NCBI GenBank assembly: GCA_035934825.1
Contig: DASYXO010000370.1
Location: 1-35,833, forward strand
DNA: 35,833 nt
Source: Casimicrobiaceae bacterium
Lineage (GTDB): Bacteria; Pseudomonadota; Gammaproteobacteria; Burkholderiales; Casimicrobiaceae
Reading direction: 5' to 3'
Position numbers and translations under genes: made by a program. The notes beneath the pieces were generated by a model. The model saw nothing but the letters and a program-made list of their open reading frames with translations, searched no databases and was not told the origin of the DNA. This document shows positions 1-11,818 of this stretch, piece by piece; within the stretch, counting starts at the first letter, position 1, and the number at the start of each line of letters is the position of its first letter.

Positions 1-612
1 GAGGTCGCGCGCAGTCGGCAGCGCCTGCGCTCCCCCGAGCGCCGCGATCGGGAGCAGGCACGCCGCCGCGGCGGCGTTCTGCCACAGCGCAATGCGCGCC
101 GGGTCGTCGGCGGCGACCAGCACGCGGTTGCGCACGGCGAGCCAGGCAAAGCTTGCACCCGATACGAGACCCCACGCCAGTCCTTGCGATGCGAGGTTCG
201 ACCATGAGAACGCGGGGACGATCAGGAGCAGGCCCGCGATCACCAGGGCTGCGGGCGCGTAGCGCTGCTTGGCGACGCCATGCGGTGCCGCAGGGCGCTC
301 CATGACCAGCACGAACAGCGGAAAGCTCGCATAGCCCAGCAAGGCGATCGCGACGCTCGCCGACTGCACCGCGGCGAAGAACGACACCCAATGCAGTGCC
401 AGGATCACGCCGTTGGCGGCGAGCGCCGGCGTCGGCGGGCCGGCGGGACGGCCGCGGATCCGCAGCGTCAGCGCGAGCGCGATCGCCGCGAAGCTGGTCC
501 GTCCCAGCACGATCGCGGTCGCCGGCAGCGCGATCCACTTTCCGAACAGCGCCGCGAGCGCAAACAGCGCGACGGCGGCGTGAACGGCGAGCAGCGCGGA
601 ACCGGTCCTCAA
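1..612 (-). CDS. EamA/DMT family transporter (3' end runs off the window)
   Basis: Not in the ORF track. My minus-strand translation from TTG at 612 gives (M)RTGSALLAVHAAVALFALAALFGKWIALPATAIVLGRTSFAA...NGVILALHWVSFFAAVQSASVAIALLGYASFPLFVLVME..., a hydrophobic multi-TM protein with the DMT-type 'LHWxxFFxAVQ' segment. The frame is open to position 1 and the start codon is tentative. Confidence 0.85.
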   Translation of the reverse strand, partial: MRTGSALLAVHAAVALFALAALFGKWIALPATAIVLGRTSFAAIALALTLRIRGRPAGPPTPALAANGVILALHWVSFFAAVQSASVAIALLGYASFPLFVLVMERPAAPHGVAKQRYAPAALVIAGLLLIVPAFSWSNLASQGLAWGLVSGASFAWLAVRNRVLVAADDPARIALWQNAAAAACLLPIAALGGAQALPTARDL

Positions 613-800
613 CGGCGGCCTCGATCGGTGGGACGACGGCCATTGTGCCAGCCGACTGCTCCGCGGCCCGCGGATGCGTACCGGCGAGTCGCAACGGCGG
701 TATGATGCGCGGGAGTGCGATCGTGAAACACGCCCAGGCTTTTCCCCCCTCCCGCACCGGTCGCGGCCGGCGGCCACGGCGCCGACCCTCCTAGCCGGTC

Positions 801-1604
801 ATGCCCGCGCCGCTCCTCATCGGCATATCCGCGCGCATCCACCATCCGAGCGAGCTGACGCGCACGCTGGGCGGCGTCTACACGAAGACGCTGCACTACC
901 TGGAGCAGTCGGTCACCCAGTGGGTGATGTCCAAGAACGTGCTGGTGTTCATGATCCCGGCCATCGAATCCGAGGGCTTGGTCAAGCGTAGCGAAATGCG
1001 CCTCTATCACTATGCCGAGGCGCTGGACGCGCTGGTGCTGCAAGGCGGCGCGGACATCGCGCCGCCGACCTACGGCGAGGAGGCGCGCGACCCCGAATGG
1101 GTCGGCGATCGCGTCCGCGACCGCTATGAGATCGAGCTGTTCGAAGCGTTCGTCGGCAAGGGGAAGCCGGTACTGGGGATCTGCCGCGGCTGCCAGATGA
1201 TCAACGTCGCGTTCGGGGGCACCCTGTACCAGGACATCCCGACCCAACTCCCCGGCGCCCAGTCCCATCGCGACGCCGGCCAGTACGAGGACAAGTATCA
1301 CCTCGCCACGTTCGTACCCGGCGGGGGGCTCGCCAAGCTCTATCCCGAACGCGGCGAGGCGCTGATCAACTCCATCCACCATCAGGCGGTCAATAAGCTG
1401 GGTCGCGGCCTGATCGTCGAAGCGCAATCGGTTCCCGACGGCGTCGTCGAAGCGATCCGCTGGCGCGGGCCGAGCTATGTCGTCGGCGTCCAGTGGCACC
1501 CGGAATTCATGTTCGGTCCCGGAATGCGCAGCGACCATCTCGACGGGGCGCCGATCCTCAACGAGTTCCTGGACGCGGTGCGCGCGCGCAAGCTGCGGCG
1601 CTGA
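801..1604 (+). CDS. Peptidase C26 / gamma-glutamyl-gamma-aminobutyrate hydrolase (PuuD-like) class I glutamine amidotransferase
   Basis: Motifs LQGGADI, GICRGCQ (nucleophile Cys), NSIHHQAV and VQWHPE (His-Glu). Confidence 0.9.
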   Translation: MPAPLLIGISARIHHPSELTRTLGGVYTKTLHYLEQSVTQWVMSKNVLVFMIPAIESEGLVKRSEMRLYHYAEALDALVLQGGADIAPPTYGEEARDPEWVGDRVRDRYEIELFEAFVGKGKPVLGICRGCQMINVAFGGTLYQDIPTQLPGAQSHRDAGQYEDKYHLATFVPGGGLAKLYPERGEALINSIHHQAVNKLGRGLIVEAQSVPDGVVEAIRWRGPSYVVGVQWHPEFMFGPGMRSDHLDGAPILNEFLDAVRARKLRR

Positions 1605-1620
1605 CCGGCAAGCCGCGCGT

Positions 1621-2475
1621 TCAGCGCTCCTGCATCTCGGTTGCGCGCAGCGTGTTGGCGAGGAGCATCGCGATGGTCATCGGTCCGACGCCGCCTGGCA
1701 CCGGGGTGATCCAGGCGGCGCGCTCGCGCGCCGCCTGGAAGTCGACGTCGCCGACGAGCCGTCCGTCCGCCCCCCGGTTGATGCCGACGTCGAGGACAGT
1801 CGCGCCCGCCTTGATCCAGTCGCCCCGCACCAGGTGGGCGCTGCCGACCGCGGCGACGACGACGTCTGCCTGCCGCACGAGCCCGGGCAGATCGCGGGTC
1901 GCCGTGTGGCAGATGGTCACCGTGCAGCGCGCCATCAGCAGCTCGAGCGCCATCGGGCGGCCGATGATATTCGACTGGCCGATGACGACGGCGTGCCTGC
2001 CAGCGAGATCCTCCCCGGTCTCCGCGAGCAGCCGCATGCAGCCGTACGGCGTGCAGGGGCGCAGCGTCGGCATCCTCAGCACCAGCCTGCCGACGTTGTA
2101 CGGATGGAAGCCGTCGACGTCCTTCGCCGGGTCGATCGCCTCGATGACCCGCGCCGTCGCGATCTGCGCCGGCAGCGGCAGCTGGACGAGAATGCCGTTG
2201 ACCGAGGGGTCGCCGTTCAGGCGGCCGATCAGCGCGAGCAGCTCGGACTCCGATGCGCTCGCCGGGAGATCGAACGCCAGCGATCGCATGCCGATGCCGT
2301 CGGCCGTCCTGCGCTTGTTGCGCACATAGACCTGCGACGCGGCATCGTTGCCGACCAGCAGCGCCGCAAGTCCGGGGGCGGCGCGGCCGGCGGCGATGCG
2401 CGCGGCGATGCGCTTGCGCAACTCGCCGGTCACGCCTTCGGCCAGCGCCTTGCCGTCCAGGATTCGCGCGGGCAT
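1621..2475 (-). CDS. folD: Bifunctional methylenetetrahydrofolate dehydrogenase/cyclohydrolase
   Basis: C-terminal 284 aa of ORF 1621..3204 from MPARILDGK. Motifs [46 protein letters not shown]. Confidence 0.97.
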   Translation of the reverse strand: MPARILDGKALAEGVTGELRKRIAARIAAGRAAPGLAALLVGNDAASQVYVRNKRRTADGIGMRSLAFDLPASASESELLALIGRLNGDPSVNGILVQLPLPAQIATARVIEAIDPAKDVDGFHPYNVGRLVLRMPTLRPCTPYGCMRLLAETGEDLAGRHAVVIGQSNIIGRPMALELLMARCTVTICHTATRDLPGLVRQADVVVAAVGSAHLVRGDWIKAGATVLDVGINRGADGRLVGDVDFQAARERAAWITPVPGGVGPMTIAMLLANTLRATEMQER

Positions 2476-2501
2476 GCCCGACTCTTCGGAGGGAAGCCGC
2501 G

Positions 2502-2507
2502 ATTCTA
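2502..2507 (-). promoter_or_regulatory. Putative sigma70 -10 element (TAGAAT) for folD
   Basis: TAGAAT on the minus strand about 27 nt upstream of the folD ATG in otherwise GC-rich DNA. No convincing -35. Confidence 0.45.
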
Positions 2508-2561
2508 ACCGCGATCCGCGCGCGGCTCCGGGCCGGACCGCAGCGAGGGCTGCGCCGCCGA

Positions 2562-3686
2562 TCAGGCGGGCGCCGCCCGCTCGATCCCCATCTCGGCCAG
2601 CGTGTCGCGCACGGCATTGACCGCGTGGCGCATCTCGTCGGCGCCGATGGCGCCGATGCATCCGACGCGAAACGTCTCGACCCGCGTGAGCTTGCCCGGA
2701 TAGAGGATGAATCCCTTGTCGCGCACGCGATCGTAGAACTCCCGAAAGCCGTAGCGCGGATCGGCAGGTGCGTGGAAAGTGACGATGATCGGCGCCTGGA
2801 CGCGAGGGTCGAGGAAGCGCCGGAAGCCGAGTTCCTCCATGCCGCGGACCAGGACCTCGCAGTTGCGCGTGTAGCGCGCGAGGCGCGCCGCCTGGCCGCC
2901 TTCTGCGTCGAAGGACTCGAGCGCCGCGGAGAATGCCGCCACGACATGCGTCGGCGGCGTGAAGCGCCACTGGGTCGTCCGCTCCATGTACTGCCACTGG
3001 TCGTGGAGGTCCAGCGACAGCGACGTGCTGTTGCCCGCGCAATGCTCGAGGACGCTTCGGCGCGCCAGCACGAGACCGATGCCCGGGGGGCCTTCGATGC
3101 ACTTGCCCGACGCCGCGACCAGCGCTTCGAATGGCACGCGGCGCGCATCGATGGGCAAGGCGCCGAACGAGCTCATCGCGTCGATGATCAGGTGCCTGCC
3201 GCAACGCGCGACGGCGTCGCCGATCGCTTCCAGCGGGTTGAGGATGCCGGTCGAGGTCTCGCAGTGGACCAGGCCCACGTGAGTGATCGACGAATCGGCC
3301 CGCAGCAGCCTCTCGACGTCCGCGACCGCCACCGGAACGTCCTCGGCGGTCTCGAGTGCGCTGACGCGCCGCCCCATCATCCTTGCAAGCCTGGCGAGGC
3401 GAGTCCCATAGGCGCCATTGATCAGTACGAGCACGTGCCCGTCGCGTGGCACCAGGGTGCTGACCACTGCCTCGACGGCGAAGGTTCCGCTGCCCTGCAG
3501 GGGCACGCAGACGTGCGAGCCTTCGGCCCCGGCGATCGACAGCAGCCGCTCGCGCACCCTCCCGGTGATCGCGTTGAATCCCGAATCCCAGGAACCCCAG
3601 TCCCTGAGCATCGCCAACTTCGTGGCGAGCGAGGTCGTCAGCGGACCCGGCGTCAGCAGGATCGGATCGCGACTGAAATTGCTCAT
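2562..3686 (-). CDS. phnW: 2-aminoethylphosphonate--pyruvate transaminase
   Basis: Starts [19 protein letters not shown] with AAGGA upstream. Motifs [40 protein letters not shown] (PLP Lys), [17 protein letters not shown]. Lies next to phnA/phnY. Confidence 0.96.
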   Translation of the reverse strand: MSNFSRDPILLTPGPLTTSLATKLAMLRDWGSWDSGFNAITGRVRERLLSIAGAEGSHVCVPLQGSGTFAVEAVVSTLVPRDGHVLVLINGAYGTRLARLARMMGRRVSALETAEDVPVAVADVERLLRADSSITHVGLVHCETSTGILNPLEAIGDAVARCGRHLIIDAMSSFGALPIDARRVPFEALVAASGKCIEGPPGIGLVLARRSVLEHCAGNSTSLSLDLHDQWQYMERTTQWRFTPPTHVVAAFSAALESFDAEGGQAARLARYTRNCEVLVRGMEELGFRRFLDPRVQAPIIVTFHAPADPRYGFREFYDRVRDKGFILYPGKLTRVETFRVGCIGAIGADEMRHAVNAVRDTLAEMGIERAAPA

Positions 3687-3718
3687 CGAACGGTTCCTTC
3701 GTTTACGATTGCCGATTG

Positions 3719-5738
<2,020 letters not shown>

Positions 5739-5753
5739 CGCCCCGGAAATACG

Positions 5754-7205
5754 ATGAACGACCTTCGCAGATTCGTCCAGGCACCGGCCCGCCACGAGCC
5801 GATGCGCATTGCCGGCGAGCGAGTCGACGCCGCCGGCAGGCTCGAGGTCCACGATCCCTACACCGGGGCCCTGGTCGGCACCGTTCCCAAGGCCAGCGTC
5901 GAGCAGATCCGCGGCGCCTTCGCGCAGGCCCGCGCCTACCGTCCCCGTCTGTCCCGCTACGAGCGCTACGCGATCTGCCAACGGACCGCCGCGCTGATCC
6001 GCGAGCGCGCCGACGCGCTGTCGGACCTGATCACCGCCGAATGCGGCATCTGCAAGCAGGACTCGCGCTACGAGGTCGGCCGTGCCTGCGATGTCTTCGT
6101 ATTCGCCGGCAACGCTGCGTTGCAGGACGACGGACAGGTCTTTTCCTGCGACCTCACGCCGCACGGCAAGTCGCGCAAGGTGTACACGCTGCGCGAGCCG
6201 CTGCAGGGCGTCATCTCGGCGATCACCCCATTCAACCACCCGCTGAACCAGGTTGCGCACAAGGTCGCGCCGTCGGTGGCGACCAACAACCGTATGGTGC
6301 TGAAGCCCACCGAGAAGACGCCGCTGACGGCGCTCATCCTCGCCGACATCCTGTACGAGGCCGGCCTGCCGCCGCCGATGTTCTCGGTTGTCACCGGCGA
6401 CCCGCGCGAGATCGCCGACGAGATGCTCACCAATCCCGACGTCGACCTCGTCACGTTCACCGGAGGCGTTCCGGTGGGGAAGTACATCGCCGCCAAGGCC
6501 GTCTACAAGCGCCAGGTGCTCGAGCTCGGCGGCAACGACCCGATCATCGTGATGGAGGATGCCGATCTCGACGAAGCCGCCACCCTCGCCGCGACCGGGT
6601 CGTACAAGAACTCGGGCCAGCGCTGCACGGCAGTCAAGCGCATGCTGGTGCAGGAGCGCGTCGCGGAGGCCTTCGTCGAGCGCCTCCTCGCGCGCACCCG
6701 GGCATGGACCTGGGGCGACCCTGCCGACCCGAACGTCGACATGGGCACGGTCATCGATGCGGCCGCGGCCGCGGGATTCGAAGCCAAGGTCCGCGCCGCG
6801 GTCGACCAGGGCGCGAAGCTGCTGTACGGCAACCTGCGCGACGGCGCGCTCTACTCGCCGACGGTCATTGATCACGTGACGCCCGACATGGACGTCGTGC
6901 GCACCGAGACCTTCGGCCCGGTATCGCCGGTCATACGCTTCCGCGATGCCGACGACGCGATCCGCATCGCCAACTCGACCGCCTACGGGCTGTCCTCGTC
7001 GGTATGCACGAACCGCCTCGACTACGTGACCCGCTTCGTGACCGAGCTCAACGTCGGGACGGTCAACATCCGCGAAGTTCCCGGCTACCGCCTCGAGCTG
7101 ACCCCGTTCGGCGGGATCAAGGATTCGGGACTCGGCTACAAGGAAGGCGTGCAGGAAGCAATGAAGAGCTTCACCAACGTCAAGACCTACTCGCTGCCAT
7201 GGTGA
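5754..7205 (+). CDS. phnY: Phosphonoacetaldehyde dehydrogenase (NAD+)
   Basis: ALDH motifs [46 protein letters not shown] and PFGGIKDSG, plus a PhnY-like [10 protein letters not shown] segment. Directly downstream of phnA. Confidence 0.94.
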   Translation: MNDLRRFVQAPARHEPMRIAGERVDAAGRLEVHDPYTGALVGTVPKASVEQIRGAFAQARAYRPRLSRYERYAICQRTAALIRERADALSDLITAECGICKQDSRYEVGRACDVFVFAGNAALQDDGQVFSCDLTPHGKSRKVYTLREPLQGVISAITPFNHPLNQVAHKVAPSVATNNRMVLKPTEKTPLTALILADILYEAGLPPPMFSVVTGDPREIADEMLTNPDVDLVTFTGGVPVGKYIAAKAVYKRQVLELGGNDPIIVMEDADLDEAATLAATGSYKNSGQRCTAVKRMLVQERVAEAFVERLLARTRAWTWGDPADPNVDMGTVIDAAAAAGFEAKVRAAVDQGAKLLYGNLRDGALYSPTVIDHVTPDMDVVRTETFGPVSPVIRFRDADDAIRIANSTAYGLSSSVCTNRLDYVTRFVTELNVGTVNIREVPGYRLELTPFGGIKDSGLGYKEGVQEAMKSFTNVKTYSLPW

Positions 7206-7210
7206 GCTGA

Positions 7211-8914
7211 ATGCAGGTGCTGCTCAACCTGCTGGCCGGGGTGTCGCTGCTGGTCTGGGGCACGCACATCGTTCGCACGGCGATCCTGCGCATGTACGGC
7301 GGCAACCTGCGCCGCGTCCTGCGCCGCAGCGTGTCGAGGCGGGTGCCCGCCTTCTTCGCCGGGCTGGGCGTCACCGGACTGATCCAGAGCAGCACGGCGA
7401 CGGCGATGATCGTCGCCGCGTTCGCCGGCCAGGGGTTGATCGGCACCGCCCCGGCGCTGGCCGTCATGCTGGGCGCGGACGTAGGCACCGCACTCGTCAC
7501 CGTGCTGCTGTCGTTCGACCTGTCGTGGCTCGCCCCGCTACTGATCTTCGCCGGCATCGTTTTGTACCTGTCGAGCCAGGCGACCGCCGCGGGCCGCTTC
7601 GGCCGCATCCTGCTCGGCCTCGGACTGATCATGTTCGCGCTGCAGTGGATCTCCGTCGCCGCGCGCCCGGTGGTCCAGGCGGCCGGGGTGCAGGTGATCT
7701 TCGCCTCGCTGACCGGCGACGTGATCCTGGACATGCTGGTCGCCGCGCTGTTCACGATCCTCTGCTACTCGAGCCTCGCCGCAGTGCTGCTGTTCGCGTC
7801 GCTGGCATCGCTGCATGTGCTCTCCCTTCCGGTGGCGCTCGGGCTGGTGCTGGGGGCGAACCTCGGCAGCGGCGTGCTGGGGATGCTGTCGACGCTGCGC
7901 GCGATACCCGAGGCGAGGCGCGTGACGCTGGGCAACTTCCTCTTCAAGCTGATCGGTTGCGTGCTCGCGATCCCGCTGGTCGCCCATCTCGACCGGTGGA
8001 TCGCGATCCTGGGCCTCGATCCGGCGCGCGAGGTCGTGCTGTTCCACCTCGGCTTCAACGTCGCGCTCGCCCTGCTGCTGGTGTTCTGGACCGAGAGCAT
8101 CGCGCGGCTGGCCGAACGCCTGCTTCCGGCGCGCCCCGCCTCCGCGGATCCCGCCAAGCCGCGCCATCTCGATCCGTCGGCACTCGAGACGCCGAGCGTC
8201 GCCATCGGCTGCGCGGCCCGCGAGGCGATGCGCATCGGCGACGTCGTCGAGGAGATGCTCACCGGCACGCTGAAGGTGCTGACGACCAACGACCGGACGC
8301 TGGCCGTGCGCCTGCGCAACATGGACGACGTCGTCGACGAGCTGTACACCGCGGTCAAGCTGTACCTGGCGCAGATTCCCCGCGAGGCGCTGGAGCCGCG
8401 AGAGAGCCGCCGCTGGGCCGATGTGGTCGCGTTCGCGATCAACATGGAACAGGTCGGCGACATCATCGAGCGCATCCTGATGGACGTCGAGGACAAGAAG
8501 ATCGACAAAGGCCGCAATTTCTCGGAGGCCGGCATGGCCGAGATCTGCGACCTGCATTCGCGCCTGATCGACAACCTGCGACTCGGACTTTCGGTCTTCC
8601 TGAGCGGCGACCTCAAGAACGCGCAGGAGCTGCTCGCGCAGAAAGTGCTGTTCCGCGACCTCGAGCGCGCCTACGCGAACTCCCACCTCGCGCGCCTCGC
8701 CGAGCATGCGATCGAGAGCATCGAGTCGTCGTCGCTGCACCTCGACCTGATCTCCGACCTGCGCCGAATCAACTCGCACATCTGCTCGATCGCGTACCCG
8801 ATCCTCGAAGCGGCAGGGGTGCTCGCCCGGACGCGCCTCAAGCCCGCCGACGCCGAGGCCGCGGCGAGGCCCGCCGCGGGCGCATGGCAGACCCGGACTC
8901 CCGGCACCGTGTAA
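7211..8914 (+). CDS. Na+/Pi cotransporter family protein with C-terminal PhoU-like domains (YjbB-like)
   Basis: IQSSTAT and CYSSLAA repeat motifs, LGADVGT and LGANLGS, followed by a soluble helical C-terminus (AINMEQVGDIIER, SSLHLDLISDLRRINSH). Confidence 0.9.
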   Translation: MQVLLNLLAGVSLLVWGTHIVRTAILRMYGGNLRRVLRRSVSRRVPAFFAGLGVTGLIQSSTATAMIVAAFAGQGLIGTAPALAVMLGADVGTALVTVLLSFDLSWLAPLLIFAGIVLYLSSQATAAGRFGRILLGLGLIMFALQWISVAARPVVQAAGVQVIFASLTGDVILDMLVAALFTILCYSSLAAVLLFASLASLHVLSLPVALGLVLGANLGSGVLGMLSTLRAIPEARRVTLGNFLFKLIGCVLAIPLVAHLDRWIAILGLDPAREVVLFHLGFNVALALLLVFWTESIARLAERLLPARPASADPAKPRHLDPSALETPSVAIGCAAREAMRIGDVVEEMLTGTLKVLTTNDRTLAVRLRNMDDVVDELYTAVKLYLAQIPREALEPRESRRWADVVAFAINMEQVGDIIERILMDVEDKKIDKGRNFSEAGMAEICDLHSRLIDNLRLGLSVFLSGDLKNAQELLAQKVLFRDLERAYANSHLARLAEHAIESIESSSLHLDLISDLRRINSHICSIAYPILEAAGVLARTRLKPADAEAAARPAAGAWQTRTPGTV

Positions 8915-8948
8915 GCGTGCCGCCAGCTTCCTTTCGGCTGCGCAGCGC

Positions 8949-9809
8949 GTGACGGCGCCGATCCACGAGCTCTCGCCCGGCATCACCCTCGCCGTGCTGG
9001 GTGCGGGCGTGCTGCACGCAGGCTGGAACGCACTGCTGAAGAGCGCCCGTGGCGGCGACCCGATGCTCGACACCGCTTCGGTCGTCGCCGGCTCGTCGGC
9101 CTGCGCCATGCTGGTGCTGCCGCTGGTGCCGCTGCCCGGGCCGGCTGCGTGGAAATTCGTCGCGGCGTCGTCGCTCGTCCATTTTGCGTATTACGCGACG
9201 CTGGCGCAGGCGTACCGGACCGGGGATCTGTCGTTTGCGTACCCGTTGATGCGCGGCACCGCTCCGCTGCTGGTCGCGATCCTGGGCGCCGTGCTGCTGA
9301 ACGAGCTTCCCGGCGCTCACGCCATGGCGGGAATCGCGCTGATCTGCGCCGGCATCGTCAGCATCGCATTCGTGCACGGTCGCCGGCATCGGCCCGCCGC
9401 CGCGGGTTGGGCATTCGCCAATGCCGCGGTGATCGCCGCCTACACGCTGGTCGACGCGAGCGGCGCGCGCGCAACCGGCAATGCCGTTGCCTACGCAACC
9501 TGGCTGATCTTCATCGAGGGCCTGCCGTTTCTCGCGTGGATCGCCGGGACGCGCGGTGCGCCCGCGCTCGACTACCTGCGCCGCGGGTGGCGACGCGGCC
9601 TGCTGGGAGGCATGGGGAGCTTCGCTGCCTATGGAATCGCCCTCTACGCGATGACGCAGGCACCCGTCGCCGCCGTCGCCGCGCTGCGCGAGACGTCGGT
9701 GCTGTTCGCGGCCCTGATCGGGGCACTGTGGCTGCGCGAAGGCTTCGGCGCAGTGCGCATCGCCGGCGCCACCAGCGTCGTCATCGGCATCGCCGCGCTC
9801 AGGCTCTAG
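8949..9809 (+). CDS. EamA/DMT family permease, similar to the phosphonate-utilization-associated DUF6 membrane proteins
   Basis: GTG start, about 10 TM segments. Motifs LHAGWNALLK, AYRTGDLSFAYPLMRG, IAAYTLVDASGAR, VAALRETSVLFA. Confidence 0.85.
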   Translation: MTAPIHELSPGITLAVLGAGVLHAGWNALLKSARGGDPMLDTASVVAGSSACAMLVLPLVPLPGPAAWKFVAASSLVHFAYYATLAQAYRTGDLSFAYPLMRGTAPLLVAILGAVLLNELPGAHAMAGIALICAGIVSIAFVHGRRHRPAAAGWAFANAAVIAAYTLVDASGARATGNAVAYATWLIFIEGLPFLAWIAGTRGAPALDYLRRGWRRGLLGGMGSFAAYGIALYAMTQAPVAAVAALRETSVLFAALIGALWLREGFGAVRIAGATSVVIGIAALRL

Positions 9810-9906
9810 CCCCAGACCAAGGGCCCCGGGAAACCGCGCCGCCGCGGCCGGCGGCCGCGACGTGTAGGCTATGGCTCCGTCGCATCGCGCCTGCCCGACC
9901 GAACCC

Positions 9907-10746
9907 ATGACCGCCCTGCATCGCCTCACCCCTCCCGCGCGCCGCGGGCGCACGCCCGCCACTCCGGGCGCCGAGACCGCCCAGGTCCAGAGCCTGACCC
10001 GCGGCCTGTCGATCCTCAAGTGCCTCGCCCGCGCGGAAGGGGGACTCACGCTGACCGCCATCGCGCAGCGCGTCCAGTTGCCGCCATCGACGACCCACCG
10101 TCTGCTGTCGACGCTGGAGAAGATCGGCTACGTCTACCAGGCAGGCGACCTTGGTCTGTGGTACGTGGGCATCGAGGCGTTCGCCGTCGGCTCGAGCTTC
10201 CTGTCCAATCGCGATTTCGTCGCCCAGAGCCACGCCTACATGCGCAGACTGATGGAGCAGGCGGGCGAGACCACGAACCTCGCGATCCTCGACGGCACCG
10301 AGGCGGTGTTCATCGACCAGGTTCAGTGCCGGGAGACGATGCGCACGATCGTCAAGCTGGGAAGCCGCGTGCCGCTGCACGCGTCGGGCGTCGGCAAGGC
10401 GATCTTCGCATCGCTTCCCGACGACCAGATCGACGCGATGCTGAAGGTCCGCGGCCTGCCGCGCATCACCGAGAACACGATCACCTCGCCCGAGACAATG
10501 TGGGCGAGCATCCGGGTCATCCGCCAGCGCGGCTGGTCGTTCGACGACGAGGAGCACCTGCCAGGAACGCGCTGCGTCGCGGCGCCGTTCTACGACGAGC
10601 ATGCGGAACCCCTGGGCGCGATCTCGATCGCAGGACCGACCTCGCGGCTGCCCGACGAACGGATCAAGCAGCTCGGGCCCCTGGTGTCGCACATCGCCGA
10701 GGAGATTACCCACCGGCTGGGCGGCCGCTGGCCGCATCCGCACTAG
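9907..10746 (+). CDS. IclR family transcriptional regulator, close to IclR/AllR/BhcR glyoxylate-responsive type
   Basis: QVQSLTRGLSIL, LPPSTTHRLLSTL, GETTNLAILD, IDQVQC, LHASGVGKA and SFDDEEH closely follow E. coli IclR as I recall it. ATG 9907 is preferred because TAGGCT (9865-9870), a possible -10, abuts the alternative ATG at 9871. Confidence 0.9.
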   Translation: MTALHRLTPPARRGRTPATPGAETAQVQSLTRGLSILKCLARAEGGLTLTAIAQRVQLPPSTTHRLLSTLEKIGYVYQAGDLGLWYVGIEAFAVGSSFLSNRDFVAQSHAYMRRLMEQAGETTNLAILDGTEAVFIDQVQCRETMRTIVKLGSRVPLHASGVGKAIFASLPDDQIDAMLKVRGLPRITENTITSPETMWASIRVIRQRGWSFDDEEHLPGTRCVAAPFYDEHAEPLGAISIAGPTSRLPDERIKQLGPLVSHIAEEITHRLGGRWPHPH

Positions 10747-10804
10747 CGCCCGATCCGGCGGCTTCTCGCCTAAGCCCCTTCCCGCTCCCGGCTGGACCGC
10801 CGCG

Positions 10805-11788
10805 TCACCGCTTGCGCGCAACCGATCTACGCACTGCCATCGGCGCCCAGCGCTGTGCGAGCGAAGGTTGCGCTGCGGGCGTCCAGCGCGCCAGCAGCTC
10901 GTCCATCGCGTCGAAGCCGTTGCTGACCAGGACCACGTCGCAGCCGGCCGCGAGCGCAGCATCGGCGCGCGCCACGATGTCGCCTGCCGAATGGGCACCG
11001 GCCATCTCGAGATCGTCCGAGAACACCAGGCCGTCGAAGCCCAGTCGCCCGCGCAGGATCTCGCCGATCCACACCGGCGAGAAACCGGCAGGCCGCGAAT
11101 CGACGGCGGGATAGACGACGTGCGCCGGCATGATCGCCTGCAGTCCCTGGGCGATCAGCGCCGAGAACGGAATCACGTCCGCGGCGAGAATCGTGTCGAG
11201 GTGGCGTCGATCCACCGGGGTGTCGACGTGGGAGTCCGCGGCAACGTAGCCATGGCCGGGGAAATGCTTGCCGACGCCCGCGACGCCGCGCGATTCGAGG
11301 CCGCGCAGCAGCGCACCGGCGAGATCGGCGACGACTACAGGATCGGCGTGGAACGCGCGGTTGCCGATCACCGCGCTCCGGCCGTGGTCGAGGTCCAGCA
11401 CCGGCGTGAAGCTGAAGTCGACGCCGTGCGCTCGCAGTTCCCGGGCGATCGCGACGCCGTGGCGAAACGCGGCCTCGTGGGCTTGCGCCGGATCGGCATC
11501 CCACTGTTCGCCCAGCGTGCGCATCGGCGGCAGCTCGGAGAATCCGTCGCCGCGGAAGCGCTGCACCCGCCCACCTTCGTGATCGACGCCGATCAGGAGT
11601 TCCGGGCGCAGGTTGCGGATCGACGCGGTGAGGGCGCGAAGCTGCTGCGATGACTGGAAATTGCGGGTGAACAGGATCACGCCGCCCACCCGCGGGTCGG
11701 CGAGGCGCGTGCGGTCGGACCCCGTCAGCGCGAGCGATTCGACCCCCAGCATCGCCGGGCCGCGCGCGGAGGCTCCACGCGACCTCAT
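10805..11788 (-). CDS. nagZ: Beta-N-acetylhexosaminidase (GH3, peptidoglycan recycling)
   Basis: Motifs [47 protein letters not shown]. Confidence 0.96.
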   Translation of the reverse strand: MRSRGASARGPAMLGVESLALTGSDRTRLADPRVGGVILFTRNFQSSQQLRALTASIRNLRPELLIGVDHEGGRVQRFRGDGFSELPPMRTLGEQWDADPAQAHEAAFRHGVAIARELRAHGVDFSFTPVLDLDHGRSAVIGNRAFHADPVVVADLAGALLRGLESRGVAGVGKHFPGHGYVAADSHVDTPVDRRHLDTILAADVIPFSALIAQGLQAIMPAHVVYPAVDSRPAGFSPVWIGEILRGRLGFDGLVFSDDLEMAGAHSAGDIVARADAALAAGCDVVLVSNGFDAMDELLARWTPAAQPSLAQRWAPMAVRRSVARKR

Positions 11789-11818
11789 GGATTCGACCTC
11801 GTGGCTTCGACCTCGTCG
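11780..11818. repeat. Imperfect 14-bp tandem repeat (CGACCTCRTGGMTT, about 2.7 copies) at the pdxJ/nagZ junction
   Basis: CGACCTC occurs at 11780, 11794 and 11808. The units are cgacctcatggatt / cgacctcgtggctt / cgacctcgtcg. Confidence 0.75.

Noticed and set aside
660-674. Palindrome TCCGCGGCCCGCGGA between the divergent EamA and C26 genes, and a similar GC stem at 9843-9859
   Set aside because: Almost pure G/C stems are expected by chance at this composition. No U-tract or other support.
1621-3204. Apparent 527-aa FolD with a long N-terminal extension
   Set aside because: The extension overlaps phnW in another frame. FolD homology begins at ATG 2475, which has its own -10-like element.
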